DNA from: an uncultured bacterium
GTDB taxonomy: Bacteria; Ratteibacteria; UBA8468; B48-G9; DTJG01
Length of the DNA stretch: 64,000 nucleotides
Direction: 5' to 3'
NCBI GenBank assembly: GCA_964532995.1
Contig: CAZHJN010000002.1
Coordinates: 54 to 64,053, forward strand
Positions within the stretch are counted from its first letter, which is position 1. Each line of letters starts with the position of its first letter. A model generated the notes under the pieces. That model had not been told where the DNA came from. It was given only the letters and a program-made list of their open reading frames with translations, and made no database searches. Made by a program: the position numbers and the translations under genes. This document shows, piece by piece, positions 1 to 9,240 of the stretch.

Positions 1-532
1 TCCTGTGTTCATTAATAATCCTGTTTTTCATTTCATCGCATGTAGTAATAACAAAATTAGAGGCTCGTACGGTCCTTCTTTCAATTTTAAACCACTTTCT
101 AAATTTAATTATACTCTTTTTCTTGCCTGATATCTGTAAATATGGATAATTTTCGTGGAAATCTGAAACAACAGGTATTTTTCTTTTTCTGATTGCTTTC
201 ACAGTAGCCTCAGCCACAGGTAAGTCATGAGCATGAATAACATCAATCCCATATTCATCAATAAACTGCAAAATTTTCTTTTGAAGGAGCGTCCACATTC
301 CCAAAAAATTTTTGACATTATCTAAATTTTTTCTCACCTTGTCAGGATACCTAAATGCAGTATAACAGATTGTTATGTTTTTATATTTCTTTTCTCTTTT
401 TGTATTAGAACGTAATCCTTTCACGCAAGAGAGAATAAATACATTCAATTTGGCTTTTAACAGAACATCGCATTCTTTTTCAACCCTTATGTCAGGGGGG
501 AATTCACCGTTAAGTATCATTCCAATATTCAT
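1..532 (-). CDS. GT4 glycosyltransferase, N-terminal part (3' end runs off the window start)
   Basis: Hand translation of the minus strand from ATG at 530-532 (MNIGMILNGEFPPDIRVEKE...IDEYGIDVIHAHDLP...) gives a typical GT4 N-domain. A GGGAGG RBS sits 9 nt upstream. This ORF is not in the supplied track because it is truncated by the window edge. Confidence 0.55.
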   Translation of the reverse strand, partial: MNIGMILNGEFPPDIRVEKECDVLLKAKLNVFILSCVKGLRSNTKREKKYKNITICYTAFRYPDKVRKNLDNVKNFLGMWTLLQKKILQFIDEYGIDVIHAHDLPVAEATVKAIRKRKIPVVSDFHENYPYLQISGKKKSIIKFRKWFKIERRTVRASNFVITTCDEMKNRIINEHR

Positions 533-1607
533 TTTTAAATACCTCCCATGTGGAACCGCGACGTTTCCTATCAATTATTTTTGAATATATTTCCACAAGT
601 TCATGTGCTAATTTTACCGCATCGTGATATTTTTCAACATAGGCCCTGCTTCGTTTACCTGTTTCATGCCTTATTTTTCCATCCAGTATCAGTTTTTCTA
701 AAACAAAAGCAAGGTTATCAGGATTTGCGTTTATTATCGGAAGGTCTGCCGGATATTTCGAAATTAAAGAAGGTTTTATATAGCAAACAACAGGTTTACC
801 AAAAGCCATGGCTTCCAGCGTAACCATTCCATGAATCCCCAGTACAAATTGGTCCAAGAAAATGTCGGAGGACCTGATAATACTTAATGCTTTACTTCGT
901 GGCATACCGTGAACCAGGTGAAATTTGAGTTTGTATTTCTTTTTAAGATTTGATATTGCATCAATCACGAAAGAAGTTCCTTTTATAACCTGACTGGTAG
1001 GTGCGTGTACTATAACAGGCTGATTATTATCAGGATCAGGATACACAGGTTCATACTCTGAGGTTATAATGCCATGTCTCAAAACGTGAATACCTTTCCA
1101 AAGGTCTATTTTCAGATACTGATACATACAGGGTGTTACTAAGGTTTCAAAACCAGCTTCTGCAAATTTTTTCTACTTTAATATGGAATTTTTATATTGT
1201 TTTGATGGACATGCTGAAGGAAAAGCCCTTCTGTAAAAAGGGTTATCCTTAAATTCAACTTCTGGTATTCTTATATCTGATCCATGCCATTGAACTATGG
1301 CTGGTTTATTAATGATTTTTATATAGTTAACATCGAGATCCCAGGGCAGAATAGACCTACCAAAATGCCAGTGAATAATATCTGCCCAGTGTACCAATTT
1401 GAAAAAATGGCGTGAATAAATAATTTGTTTATATATTTTTTCAAATCTATTAGGAGAACTGATATTGATAGTTGCCAATCCAGTCGAGTCCTGAATGACG
1501 TTGCTTTTCCATATAAGTCCTTTGGCCTCAACTCCTATAATTTGAAGAGCTTTAATTATGTGAGATGGAACCGAAGCAACATTGACGGGTAAATGTAAAA
1601 CTTTCAT
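510..1607 (-). pseudogene. GT4 glycosyltransferase interrupted by one in-frame TAG (1173-1175); the two halves are track ORFs 1173..1607 and 510..1127
   Basis: The two track ORFs share a frame (1607, 1175 and 1127 are all 2 mod 3). The 15 codons between the TAG and the downstream Met translate without stops (KKFAEAGFETLVTPC). Joined, the product is ~350 aa: an N-domain (HWHFG...) plus a C-domain (EAMAFGKPVV). TAG is a genuine stop elsewhere in the window (8161-8163). Confidence 0.6.
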
Positions 1608-1650
1608 ATTTTCAGCTTCTCCCCATTTTTATTGTTCATTTTGAACTTTA

Positions 1651-1926
1651 TTAGCCGACTGAAAACTTATACTTATGTTTTTTATATATTGTTGAAGTTG
1701 TCTGATGTAATGTTGACGAAATGCTCTTTTTTAAATTATTAAAATCAAGAATATCTCCGGCCAAAATTTTCAGATTGGGATGATTGGCAAACTCAGATTT
1801 TTTCAGTGCATCCCTGGATAAATTATCGTACACAGTTATTTCATTATCCTTTATAATTTTGCTGATCAGGTTTGTTCCAATAAAGCCGGCTCCACCTGTA
1901 ATGAAAAACTTTTTATTTTTTATCAT
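1651..1926 (-). pseudogene. Truncated NAD-dependent sugar epimerase/dehydratase (N-terminal 70-90 aa only)
   Basis: FITGGAGFIGTNL Rossmann motif, then ...AGDILDF, then a non-homologous tail and a stop at 91 aa. Full-length family members are ~300-340 aa. The downstream space is occupied by the GT gene. Confidence 0.55.
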
Positions 1927-1992
1927 TTTTTTTACTCTCCTGACTTGCGAATTATATTGCCATATTCAAAATTCCTTTTCAAATATACTTCA

Positions 1993-3081
1993 TCAAGATT
2001 CCATCCATTTTATTATTTTGTTCAGAATTAATGTGGAAGCATTGCCCTTTCCAAAAATATCCGGTCGGTAATTTGATATTTCAGGAGGATTGTCTAATGC
2101 ATAAAGCAATTTTTTTATGTCATTTCCCACAAGAAGATGATATTTGTGTAGATAAAGTTCTTTCCATTCTGTTTCCTTTCTCAGCAATAAGCACGGCACT
2201 CTATGCCAGTATGCTTCTTTCTGTACTCCACCACTATCGGTAATTATCATTTTTGCATTTTTTTCAAGATACAGCATATCAAGATAACCCACTGGTTTTA
2301 TGAATTTGATATTGGTGAATTTTTTCAGTTCATAGCCGTTTTCTTCAAGGCACTTTTTCGTTCCCGGATGTAATGGAAAAATAAACTTTTTATTGGTTTT
2401 GTTAAGTGCGGAAAGAATGTTCACTATGCTTTCGATTTGCTCCTTGTTTTCTTTTCTGTGAACAGTAATCAAAAAATAATCTTTCTTTGATACACCAAGA
2501 CTATTGAGGATTGGTCTGTTTCCAAGAAATTTTTGAGAATGCAAAAAAATATCATACATAACATCCCCAACTAAAAAAACATTTTTTTTTCTTCCTTCTT
2601 TCTCTAAATTTTTTACCGCAGTTTTGGTTGGACAGAACAAAAGCGTGGAAATTCTATCGGTAACAATTCTGTTTATTTCTTCCGGCATATCCGTTCTGAA
2701 ACTTCTGAGACCGGATTCAATATGAGCAATCGGGATGTTCAAATGAGCGGATGATATTGCGCCGGCTATGGTTGTGTTTGTATCCCCGTAAACAATGACA
2801 ATGTCTGGTTTTTCCTCCAAAAGAATTTTTTCAATTTTTTCCATCATACGTGCAATTTGTTTTAGTGGCGGTAGAGAACCTGTATCGAGATGATAATCGG
2901 GTTCAGGAAGTTTCAATTCCTGAAAAAATATTCTGGACATTTCATAATCATAATGCTGTCCTGTGTGGATTGTTCTGTGACAAAATTCTGTTCTGTAATT
3001 ATTTCGCGTTATTTTTTCTGTCAGAGCTGCGAGTTTAATAAGCTGTGGTCTTGTTCCAACGATTGAAATTACTTTTTTCAT
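1993..3081 (-). CDS. wecB: UDP-N-acetylglucosamine (or UDP-2,3-diacetamido-glucuronate) 2-epimerase, WecB/WbpI family
   Basis: GTRPQLIK, HTGQHYD, VYGDTNTT, HIESGLRS, ITDSGGVQ motifs; 362 aa. Confidence 0.85.
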   Translation of the reverse strand: MKKVISIVGTRPQLIKLAALTEKITRNNYRTEFCHRTIHTGQHYDYEMSRIFFQELKLPEPDYHLDTGSLPPLKQIARMMEKIEKILLEEKPDIVIVYGDTNTTIAGAISSAHLNIPIAHIESGLRSFRTDMPEEINRIVTDRISTLLFCPTKTAVKNLEKEGRKKNVFLVGDVMYDIFLHSQKFLGNRPILNSLGVSKKDYFLITVHRKENKEQIESIVNILSALNKTNKKFIFPLHPGTKKCLEENGYELKKFTNIKFIKPVGYLDMLYLEKNAKMIITDSGGVQKEAYWHRVPCLLLRKETEWKELYLHKYHLLVGNDIKKLLYALDNPPEISNYRPDIFGKGNASTLILNKIIKWMES

Positions 3082-4223
3082 TATTTTTCAGCAAAGAATT
3101 CTTTGATTGCTTCTACAACATAATCCTGTTCTTCAACTGTCATTAAAGGTTCAACAGGCAGGCTCAGTACTTCTTTTGTGGCTTTTTCTGCTTCAGGCAG
3201 ATTCCCATTTACTTTTGCCCTACTTTCAAAAACCTTCATTTTATGAAGGCAAACCGGATAATAAATCATACTTGCGATTCCTTTTTCCTTTAAAAATGTG
3301 TAAAGCTGGTCTCTGTTTCCATTTTTCACTCTTATCGTATATTGATGAAAAACAGATCCTTCAAAAATTTCAGGGGTTTTAATTTCTTTTATGTCTGAAA
3401 GTTGATCGCTGTATCTTTTTGCTATTTCTATTCTTTTATTATTTAATTGCTCAACATATTTGAGTTTTACAAGAAGAATCGCAGCCTGGATGGTGTCCAG
3501 TCGTGCATTGTAACCAATGTGATCCACATTATATTTATCTCTGCCACCATGCTTTGTTAGACATCTTGAAATTTCTGCGAGTTCATCATCATCTGTGATT
3601 ATCATTCCGCCATCTCCGAAGCCACCGAGATTTTTACTGGGAAAGAAACTTAATGCACCAGCGTTTCCAATTGTTCCAAGCTTTTTGTTTCTCCATGTTC
3701 CACCAAAAGCCTGAGCGACATCTTCAATAACGAAAAGTTTGAATTTTTTAGCAATATCCATAATAATATCCATTTTGCAGGGTGTGCCATACAGATGTAC
3801 AGGGATAATTCCTGCTACTTTTCCGGCAAAATTAGATTTCAGGTATGCAGAAACAGACTCTGGGTTTATGTTAAAAGTATCAGGTTCAATATCAACAAAT
3901 ACAGGGGTTGCTCCTGCTCTTAATATAGCGTCGCCTGTTGCAGTGAATGTAAATGGTGTTGTAATGATCTCATCATCCGCGGAGAAAAATTCCTCTCCTT
4001 TTTTTATACTCAGTGCGCGAAGTGGAAGAACTATTGAATCCGTCCCTGAGGAACAACCCACACAATGTTTTATACCAAAAAACTCCGCACATCTCTGTTC
4101 AAATTCTTTCACTTCTGGTCCGAGTATCCAGGACTGATGTTCAAGGCATTTGCTTATTGCATTATCAATATCCTTCTTCATATACTGATATTGCTTTTTC
4201 AGATCAAGCATTGGGATATTCAT
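3081..4223 (-). CDS. DegT/DnrJ/EryC1/StrS PLP-dependent sugar aminotransferase (WbpE-like)
   Basis: 380 aa with the PLP-aminotransferase fold pattern typical of the nucleotide-sugar aminotransferase family. Confidence 0.8.
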   Translation of the reverse strand: MNIPMLDLKKQYQYMKKDIDNAISKCLEHQSWILGPEVKEFEQRCAEFFGIKHCVGCSSGTDSIVLPLRALSIKKGEEFFSADDEIITTPFTFTATGDAILRAGATPVFVDIEPDTFNINPESVSAYLKSNFAGKVAGIIPVHLYGTPCKMDIIMDIAKKFKLFVIEDVAQAFGGTWRNKKLGTIGNAGALSFFPSKNLGGFGDGGMIITDDDELAEISRCLTKHGGRDKYNVDHIGYNARLDTIQAAILLVKLKYVEQLNNKRIEIAKRYSDQLSDIKEIKTPEIFEGSVFHQYTIRVKNGNRDQLYTFLKEKGIASMIYYPVCLHKMKVFESRAKVNGNLPEAEKATKEVLSLPVEPLMTVEEQDYVVEAIKEFFAEK

Positions 4224-4231
4224 TGAATCTC

Positions 4232-4810
4232 CTATTTTTCAGCAACAGGCTTCAACTCGTTTCCTTTTATCGCATAAACATTATTACAGCTTTTGCACAA
4301 AAATTGTTCTTTCTCAGCAATCAATGTTGTTCCGCATTTGCACACCCATCCTATCTGTTTTGCCGGTACTCCAACAACAAGAGCATAGTCTGAAACATTT
4401 TTTGTTACCACAGCTCCAGCTCCGACAAGGGCGTATCTGCCTATTATATTCCCGCAGACAATTGTTGCATTCGCTCCGATCGTAGCGCCTCTTTTTACAA
4501 GGGTTGTTTTGAACTCATGTTTTCTTTCTACAAATGCTCTTGGATTTATCACATTTGTGAAAACACAGGAAGGTCCACAGAAAACATCATCTTCAAGAGT
4601 GACCCCTTTATAAATTGAAACATTGTTCTGTATCTTGCAACCATTACCGATTGTAACAAATGGTCCCACCATCACATTCTGTCCCAGGATACAGTTTTCC
4701 CCTATTCTTGTATCCGTTAAAACATGACAGAAATGCCATATCTTTGTGCCTTTGCCAATGATTACATTTTCATCAACAAATGATGAGGGATGGACAAAAT
4801 ATTCATTCAT
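4232..4810 (-). CDS. Hexapeptide-repeat N-acetyltransferase, WbpD/WlbB-like (UDP-2-acetamido-3-amino-2,3-dideoxy-glucuronate N-acetyltransferase family)
   Basis: IHPSS-VD-IG-GT-IWHF-HV, GQNV-VGP, KIQNNVSIY-GV-ED-VFCGPS-VFTNV-NPR. C-terminal Cys cluster (CKCG...CKSC). Confidence 0.75.
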   Translation of the reverse strand: MNEYFVHPSSFVDENVIIGKGTKIWHFCHVLTDTRIGENCILGQNVMVGPFVTIGNGCKIQNNVSIYKGVTLEDDVFCGPSCVFTNVINPRAFVERKHEFKTTLVKRGATIGANATIVCGNIIGRYALVGAGAVVTKNVSDYALVVGVPAKQIGWVCKCGTTLIAEKEQFLCKSCNNVYAIKGNELKPVAEK

Positions 4811-5807
4811 TTTTCCTCCTCAATGATTTTTCTGCCATTTCAAGTACTCTCAAAACATTCAGAGCTTCTCTGCCATCGGTGAGCGGTTTTTTGTTTTCAA
4901 GAATACATTTAAGGAAATGCTTTGCCTCTTCTTTAAGGGGTTCCAGTTTTTCAAAGGTTACTATTTCTGCATTTGCTTTTTCTATTGATGGAACTTCTGT
5001 GTTGTTCCACAAGATTTTATGCTGGTACAAAACAAGCTTATTTTCAGGCTGTGTGTCATCGAAGACAGCCATTTTCCTGTTGCCTATCACAACAAATTTT
5101 TGCTCTTTGAAAGGGTTTAACCAGGAAATAAAGATGTGGGCTTTTATTTTTCCGGGGAATGTCATAAATGTGAGGGTTACATCCTCAACATTATGGGGAA
5201 GAAAAATGCCCCCATGTGCATAAACACTGTTGGGCAGGCATCCTGTGAGAGAAAGCATTAATGAAATATCATGAGGAGCAAAACTCCATAAGATGTTCTC
5301 TTCGTGTCTGATTCTTCCAATGTTTGTTCTGTTTGAATACATATATTGAATTTCTCCAAGTTCACCGTCCAGTACAATTTTCTTAAGCTTTTTAATTGCT
5401 GGATGATAATGAAGAATATGTCCTATCATCAATATTAGATTTTTTTTCTCTGCCATATTTACGATTTCTTCGCCTTCTTTTTCTGTCAGAGCAAGAGGTT
5501 TTTCACAGAATATATGTTTGTTCTCCATTAAAGCAATTTTTGATATTGGATAATGGGTTGATGCCGGTGTTGCAATTACAACTGCATCAATTCCCTTTTT
5601 CTTTATTAATTCTTCCGGATTATCAGTAATGGAAATGTCCGGATGACTGTTTTTGTAAAACTGTATTACATCTCTGTTCAGATCACATATTCCCTTTAAT
5701 ACACCAATTTCATTAAAGACTCTTATAAGGTTTTTCCCCCAGTACCCGCCCCCAATAACTCCGATATTAACTTTTCTTAATTCTGTTCCCTCACTTTTCT
5801 TATCCAT
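4803..5807 (-). CDS. Gfo/Idh/MocA-family NAD-dependent oxidoreductase, WbpB-like
   Basis: N-terminal Rossmann fold (IGVIGGGYWGKN) and the EKP motif (FCEKPLA); 334 aa. Sits next to the aminotransferase and acetyltransferase. Confidence 0.75.
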   Translation of the reverse strand: MDKKSEGTELRKVNIGVIGGGYWGKNLIRVFNEIGVLKGICDLNRDVIQFYKNSHPDISITDNPEELIKKKGIDAVVIATPASTHYPISKIALMENKHIFCEKPLALTEKEGEEIVNMAEKKNLILMIGHILHYHPAIKKLKKIVLDGELGEIQYMYSNRTNIGRIRHEENILWSFAPHDISLMLSLTGCLPNSVYAHGGIFLPHNVEDVTLTFMTFPGKIKAHIFISWLNPFKEQKFVVIGNRKMAVFDDTQPENKLVLYQHKILWNNTEVPSIEKANAEIVTFEKLEPLKEEAKHFLKCILENKKPLTDGREALNVLRVLEMAEKSLRRKNE

Positions 5808-6517
5808 TGATCAATCCCCTCAAATTCTTCAACTGAGTTTATATCACAGCTTTCTTCGGGTGGAATTTGTACAAGATGGACTTTTAGATTATCTTTAACA
5901 TATTCCGCATAGACATCAGTGAGATAATATTCACCCGCAGCATTATTATTACTTATTTTTCTCAATTCTTTATATATTGACCCGGAACCACATACGATAA
6001 AGCCTGCATTCACTTCTTTTATTGCAAGTGTTTCTTTATCAGCATCCTTTGCTTCAACAACTTTCGCAAATTTTCCATCAATCCTTATTATTCTTCCTTT
6101 GGATCCCGGGATAGGTAGTATTGCAGTGGCGATTGTTATGTCAGCATTATTCTTCTTATGTTCATCCAGCAGTTTTTTAAATGTATCTGTTGTGATAAGT
6201 GGTTTATCCGCATAGGAAACAAGAATCGTGGTTTCTGTGTTTTCAAAAGCCTGTTGAGTTGAAAGAAGAGCGTGACCTGTTCCAAGCGGTTGTTCTTGAA
6301 TAACATACTCTATATCCGGGAAATTTCTCAGTGTCCTTTTTATATCGGAATTGTCAGGACATGTTACAACCACTATCTTTTCGACAACTGGCTTTATAGC
6401 TTCGACAATTTTGATTATTAATGGTTTACCCTGGTATTCAATGAGAAACTTGTGTTTTGTTGAAGAATACCTGGAACCCTTTCCTCCTGCCAGTATAATT
6501 CCAGCAATATTTTTCAT
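5777..6517 (-). CDS. Sugar-1-phosphate nucleotidyltransferase (GlmU N-terminal-domain-like, no acetyltransferase domain)
   Basis: GIILAGGKGSR, K-KFL, EQPLGTGHAL; 246 aa. Confidence 0.7.
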   Translation of the reverse strand: MKNIAGIILAGGKGSRYSSTKHKFLIEYQGKPLIIKIVEAIKPVVEKIVVVTCPDNSDIKRTLRNFPDIEYVIQEQPLGTGHALLSTQQAFENTETTILVSYADKPLITTDTFKKLLDEHKKNNADITIATAILPIPGSKGRIIRIDGKFAKVVEAKDADKETLAIKEVNAGFIVCGSGSIYKELRKISNNNAAGEYYLTDVYAEYVKDNLKVHLVQIPPEESCDINSVEEFEGIDQWIRKVREQN

Positions 6518-6849
6518 TGCGAAATAATATATTGAAATAGTTTATTAAAACTAGTCTCGCCTATTCACAAAAATCGAAACTATATTTTAGCTTTGAGGCA
6601 TATACCCTTTGTTTACACTATGCACCAAGGTCGATGTTCACCGTTTATTTTTCAAGTTAACAATGAATCAATTCTACAATAGACTTTTACATTTTGTCAA
6701 ATGCAATTATTTGCCCTTATTATGTTCACTACAGTTTCTTTTTTTCTTAAGTGTTCCGCAATTCCTTGATGTCAGGCGGGTTTTAGGCGTTTTTGCTCGT
6801 AAAAAAAACACTGGCAAAAGGGATACGGATAATTAAAAGGGTATAGAAA

Positions 6850-7131
6850 ATGATAGCGGATATAACTTATAGGTGCACAAGCGCAGGTAATCAACAATGC
6901 AAGCATTTCCAGCATAGAGCACTTCTGGAAAGCATGAAGAATCATTGGCAGTGTGCGCGGAATCTTGCAGATGATATTAGAGAACGACCGAAGGTCAACA
7001 AACCGATACAACTTATCTTTCCAGGTGATGAATCTATCAGCTTTTATTGCAAGATAACAGGAGGCAGTTTCAGAACAGATACATACAAAAAATTACGGGC
7101 AATAAAAATCAAAAGGTTTGGAATTTTATAA
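6850..7131 (+). CDS. Hypothetical 93-aa protein, isolated on the opposite strand inside a 650-bp gap
   Basis: ORF with an AGGG-N9-ATG RBS-like context. Local GC is higher than the surroundings. No recognizable motif. Confidence 0.2.
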   Translation: MIADITYRCTSAGNQQCKHFQHRALLESMKNHWQCARNLADDIRERPKVNKPIQLIFPGDESISFYCKITGGSFRTDTYKKLRAIKIKRFGIL

Positions 7132-7164
7132 AGGCAGACGAAGTGGCTGAGGATTTACGTTTTA

Positions 7165-8157
7165 TTAAAACTTTTCAATTTTTGAGACTTCAGTTATCAC
7201 TATTTCCGGCGAGATAGATTTCATACAGGACATATCGTTGCATTTCTTCTTATAACAGAAAATACAATCGATTTTTGCGCTTATAGAATTTACTTCAGGC
7301 GGACAATGTATTTTGGGATTGGTCGGTCCGAAGAGTGCAATTGTTTTAATGGACATTGCGGCTCCAATATGCATTGGTCCGCTGTCTGTGGTGATGAGCA
7401 TTCTGGAATTTTTTATCAATAAAGCAACCTCTGAAAAATCTGTTTTTCCTGATAGGTTTATTACATTTTCCTTAATTGATGATGCAATATGATGATTTAA
7501 CTGCATAGAATTTTTATCGCCAACAAGCACAACTTTAAGATTTCTTTCTGAGAAAAATTTTCCAAGAGTGATCCAGTTTTCAGTTATCCATAATTTGGTT
7601 TTCCATTCAGGAGACGCCGAAGGGTGAAAAACAACATAATTTCTGGCATCCAGCTTGTTCCTGACAAGGAATCTGTTAAATTCCTCACTTTTTTTTTCAT
7701 CAATCCATATCTGAGGTTTTTCCTGAAATTCGTTTCCAGAAACATCTTTCCAGAAAACTTTCTGTAACTTTATGGGGTTGAGGTTTGATTTTTTTTTAAT
7801 GGCACGTGTGAGAAAGAATCTTCCAGCAGATTTTTTATAAAGTCCAATTCTTTGTTTTCCACCAAAAAGGAATGAAAAAAAATTGGTTTTTAAATTTCCC
7901 TGGAGATCGAAAATTATATCAAACTTTTTCTGTCGCAATTTTTTTGTTAATTCTAGAAAACTTAATAAATTTTTTTTTGAAGGAAGGATAAAGATATCTT
8001 TAATAAACGGGCAATCCCTGTAAATTCCATAGTATGGAGACGCTGTTAAAAGATACATTTCACAATCCGGGAAAACCCTGTGTGCAATACTGACTGATAA
8101 TGATGTAAGTATCATATCTCCAAAAGCGCCTGTTTTTATAAGAAGTATTTTCTTCAT
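7165..8157 (-). CDS. GT9 family ADP-heptose:LPS heptosyltransferase
   Basis: LLIKTGAFGDMIL start and the GT9 C-domain (TTDSGPMHIGAAM). Confidence 0.8.
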   Translation of the reverse strand: MKKILLIKTGAFGDMILTSLSVSIAHRVFPDCEMYLLTASPYYGIYRDCPFIKDIFILPSKKNLLSFLELTKKLRQKKFDIIFDLQGNLKTNFFSFLFGGKQRIGLYKKSAGRFFLTRAIKKKSNLNPIKLQKVFWKDVSGNEFQEKPQIWIDEKKSEEFNRFLVRNKLDARNYVVFHPSASPEWKTKLWITENWITLGKFFSERNLKVVLVGDKNSMQLNHHIASSIKENVINLSGKTDFSEVALLIKNSRMLITTDSGPMHIGAAMSIKTIALFGPTNPKIHCPPEVNSISAKIDCIFCYKKKCNDMSCMKSISPEIVITEVSKIEKF

Positions 8158-8160
8158 GAT

Positions 8161-9237
8161 CTAATTTTCAAGAACTTCACGGTACACTTTTACGGTTTTT
8201 TCGATCATCTGTTCAATGGAAAAGTGGTTCATTACAAATTTCTTACCTCTTTTTGCCATTTCTTTCATTTTCTCTTGATTTCTGACAGTGAAAATTATTG
8301 CTTCTGACATTGCTTCAATGTCTGCTGGCTTGCACAGTATACCGGTATCAGTTTTAATGAATGTACCATCTTTTATACCATTGAGTGTTGTAACAACTGG
8401 CACCTCAGCAAGTTGAGCTTCATAAACACTCCTGCCAAGCCATGGAATCATATTTTCCACCATAGTTTCAGTTTCAACATGTGGAGCAACAAGAAGATCA
8501 ATTCTGGATAGAAAATCAGATGCCCTTCCTGTCAGGAACAATGCATCAGTTTGAAGTTCTGTGTTCAGTATTTCAAGTTGTTTTTTATATGGTCCGTCAC
8601 CGATAATCCACAATTTTATATTGTGTTCTGACTTTTTTGCAATGGCGAATGCTTTTATCAGATATTGAAATCCTTTAAGTTCTGTAAGCCTGCCAATACC
8701 AGCGATGATGAAACCGTCATGTTTTTCTGGTTTTATATCAACATATGGGTCAAACCTTATTCCGTTATGCACAACCCTGACAGATCCTGGATTTGCTCCA
8801 AGTTTTTCAACAGCAAACTTACCAAGAAAATCGCTTATGACAATCACACGCTGGCCTCTTGCAAGTATTTTGCTGTAGAAAGGACAACCATAGAAGCCAT
8901 GGATACTTGTGATAAACCTGGTTTTTTTATTTCCCTTGAGAGCATAATAACCTATCCAGGCAGGGAATCTACTTCTGCAATGCAGGATATCCGGTTTCTC
9001 TATCCGGAGAATAGATTTGAGTTTTTTCAAACATCTGCAAAAAATTGCGGGTGTCTTTTTTGAAGTTGGTAGATTTATCCATTTAATTTTTTCTTTCTCA
9101 ATCAATGGAACATAATTTCCGTATCCTGATAAAATCGTAATATCTATGCCCAAATGTTTCATTCCCCTGGCAAGGTCAAAAGTTCCTTCTTCCACCCCGC
9201 CAAGATGCATTTCTGGAACCATGAGAAAGACTTTCAT
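8161..9237 (-). CDS. GT4 family glycosyltransferase (LPS core)
   Basis: GT4 two-domain pattern; 358 aa; stop codon is TAG. Confidence 0.75.
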   Translation of the reverse strand: MKVFLMVPEMHLGGVEEGTFDLARGMKHLGIDITILSGYGNYVPLIEKEKIKWINLPTSKKTPAIFCRCLKKLKSILRIEKPDILHCRSRFPAWIGYYALKGNKKTRFITSIHGFYGCPFYSKILARGQRVIVISDFLGKFAVEKLGANPGSVRVVHNGIRFDPYVDIKPEKHDGFIIAGIGRLTELKGFQYLIKAFAIAKKSEHNIKLWIIGDGPYKKQLEILNTELQTDALFLTGRASDFLSRIDLLVAPHVETETMVENMIPWLGRSVYEAQLAEVPVVTTLNGIKDGTFIKTDTGILCKPADIEAMSEAIIFTVRNQEKMKEMAKRGKKFVMNHFSIEQMIEKTVKVYREVLEN

Positions 9238-9240
9238 GAT

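Noticed and set aside
375-823. Plus-strand ORFs 375..584 and 548..823
   Set aside because: They lie antisense within the glycosyltransferase coding regions, are low-complexity, and have no RBS or homology. They are shadow ORFs.
6518-7164. Possible RNase P RNA, tmRNA or SRP RNA in the long gap
   Set aside because: I looked for hallmark motifs (GGAAAGUCCGG, ACAGAA-GGCUUA, tmRNA GGUUCGAUUCC tail, SRP domain IV GGAA loop) and found none. The region is kept only as an unexplained gap.
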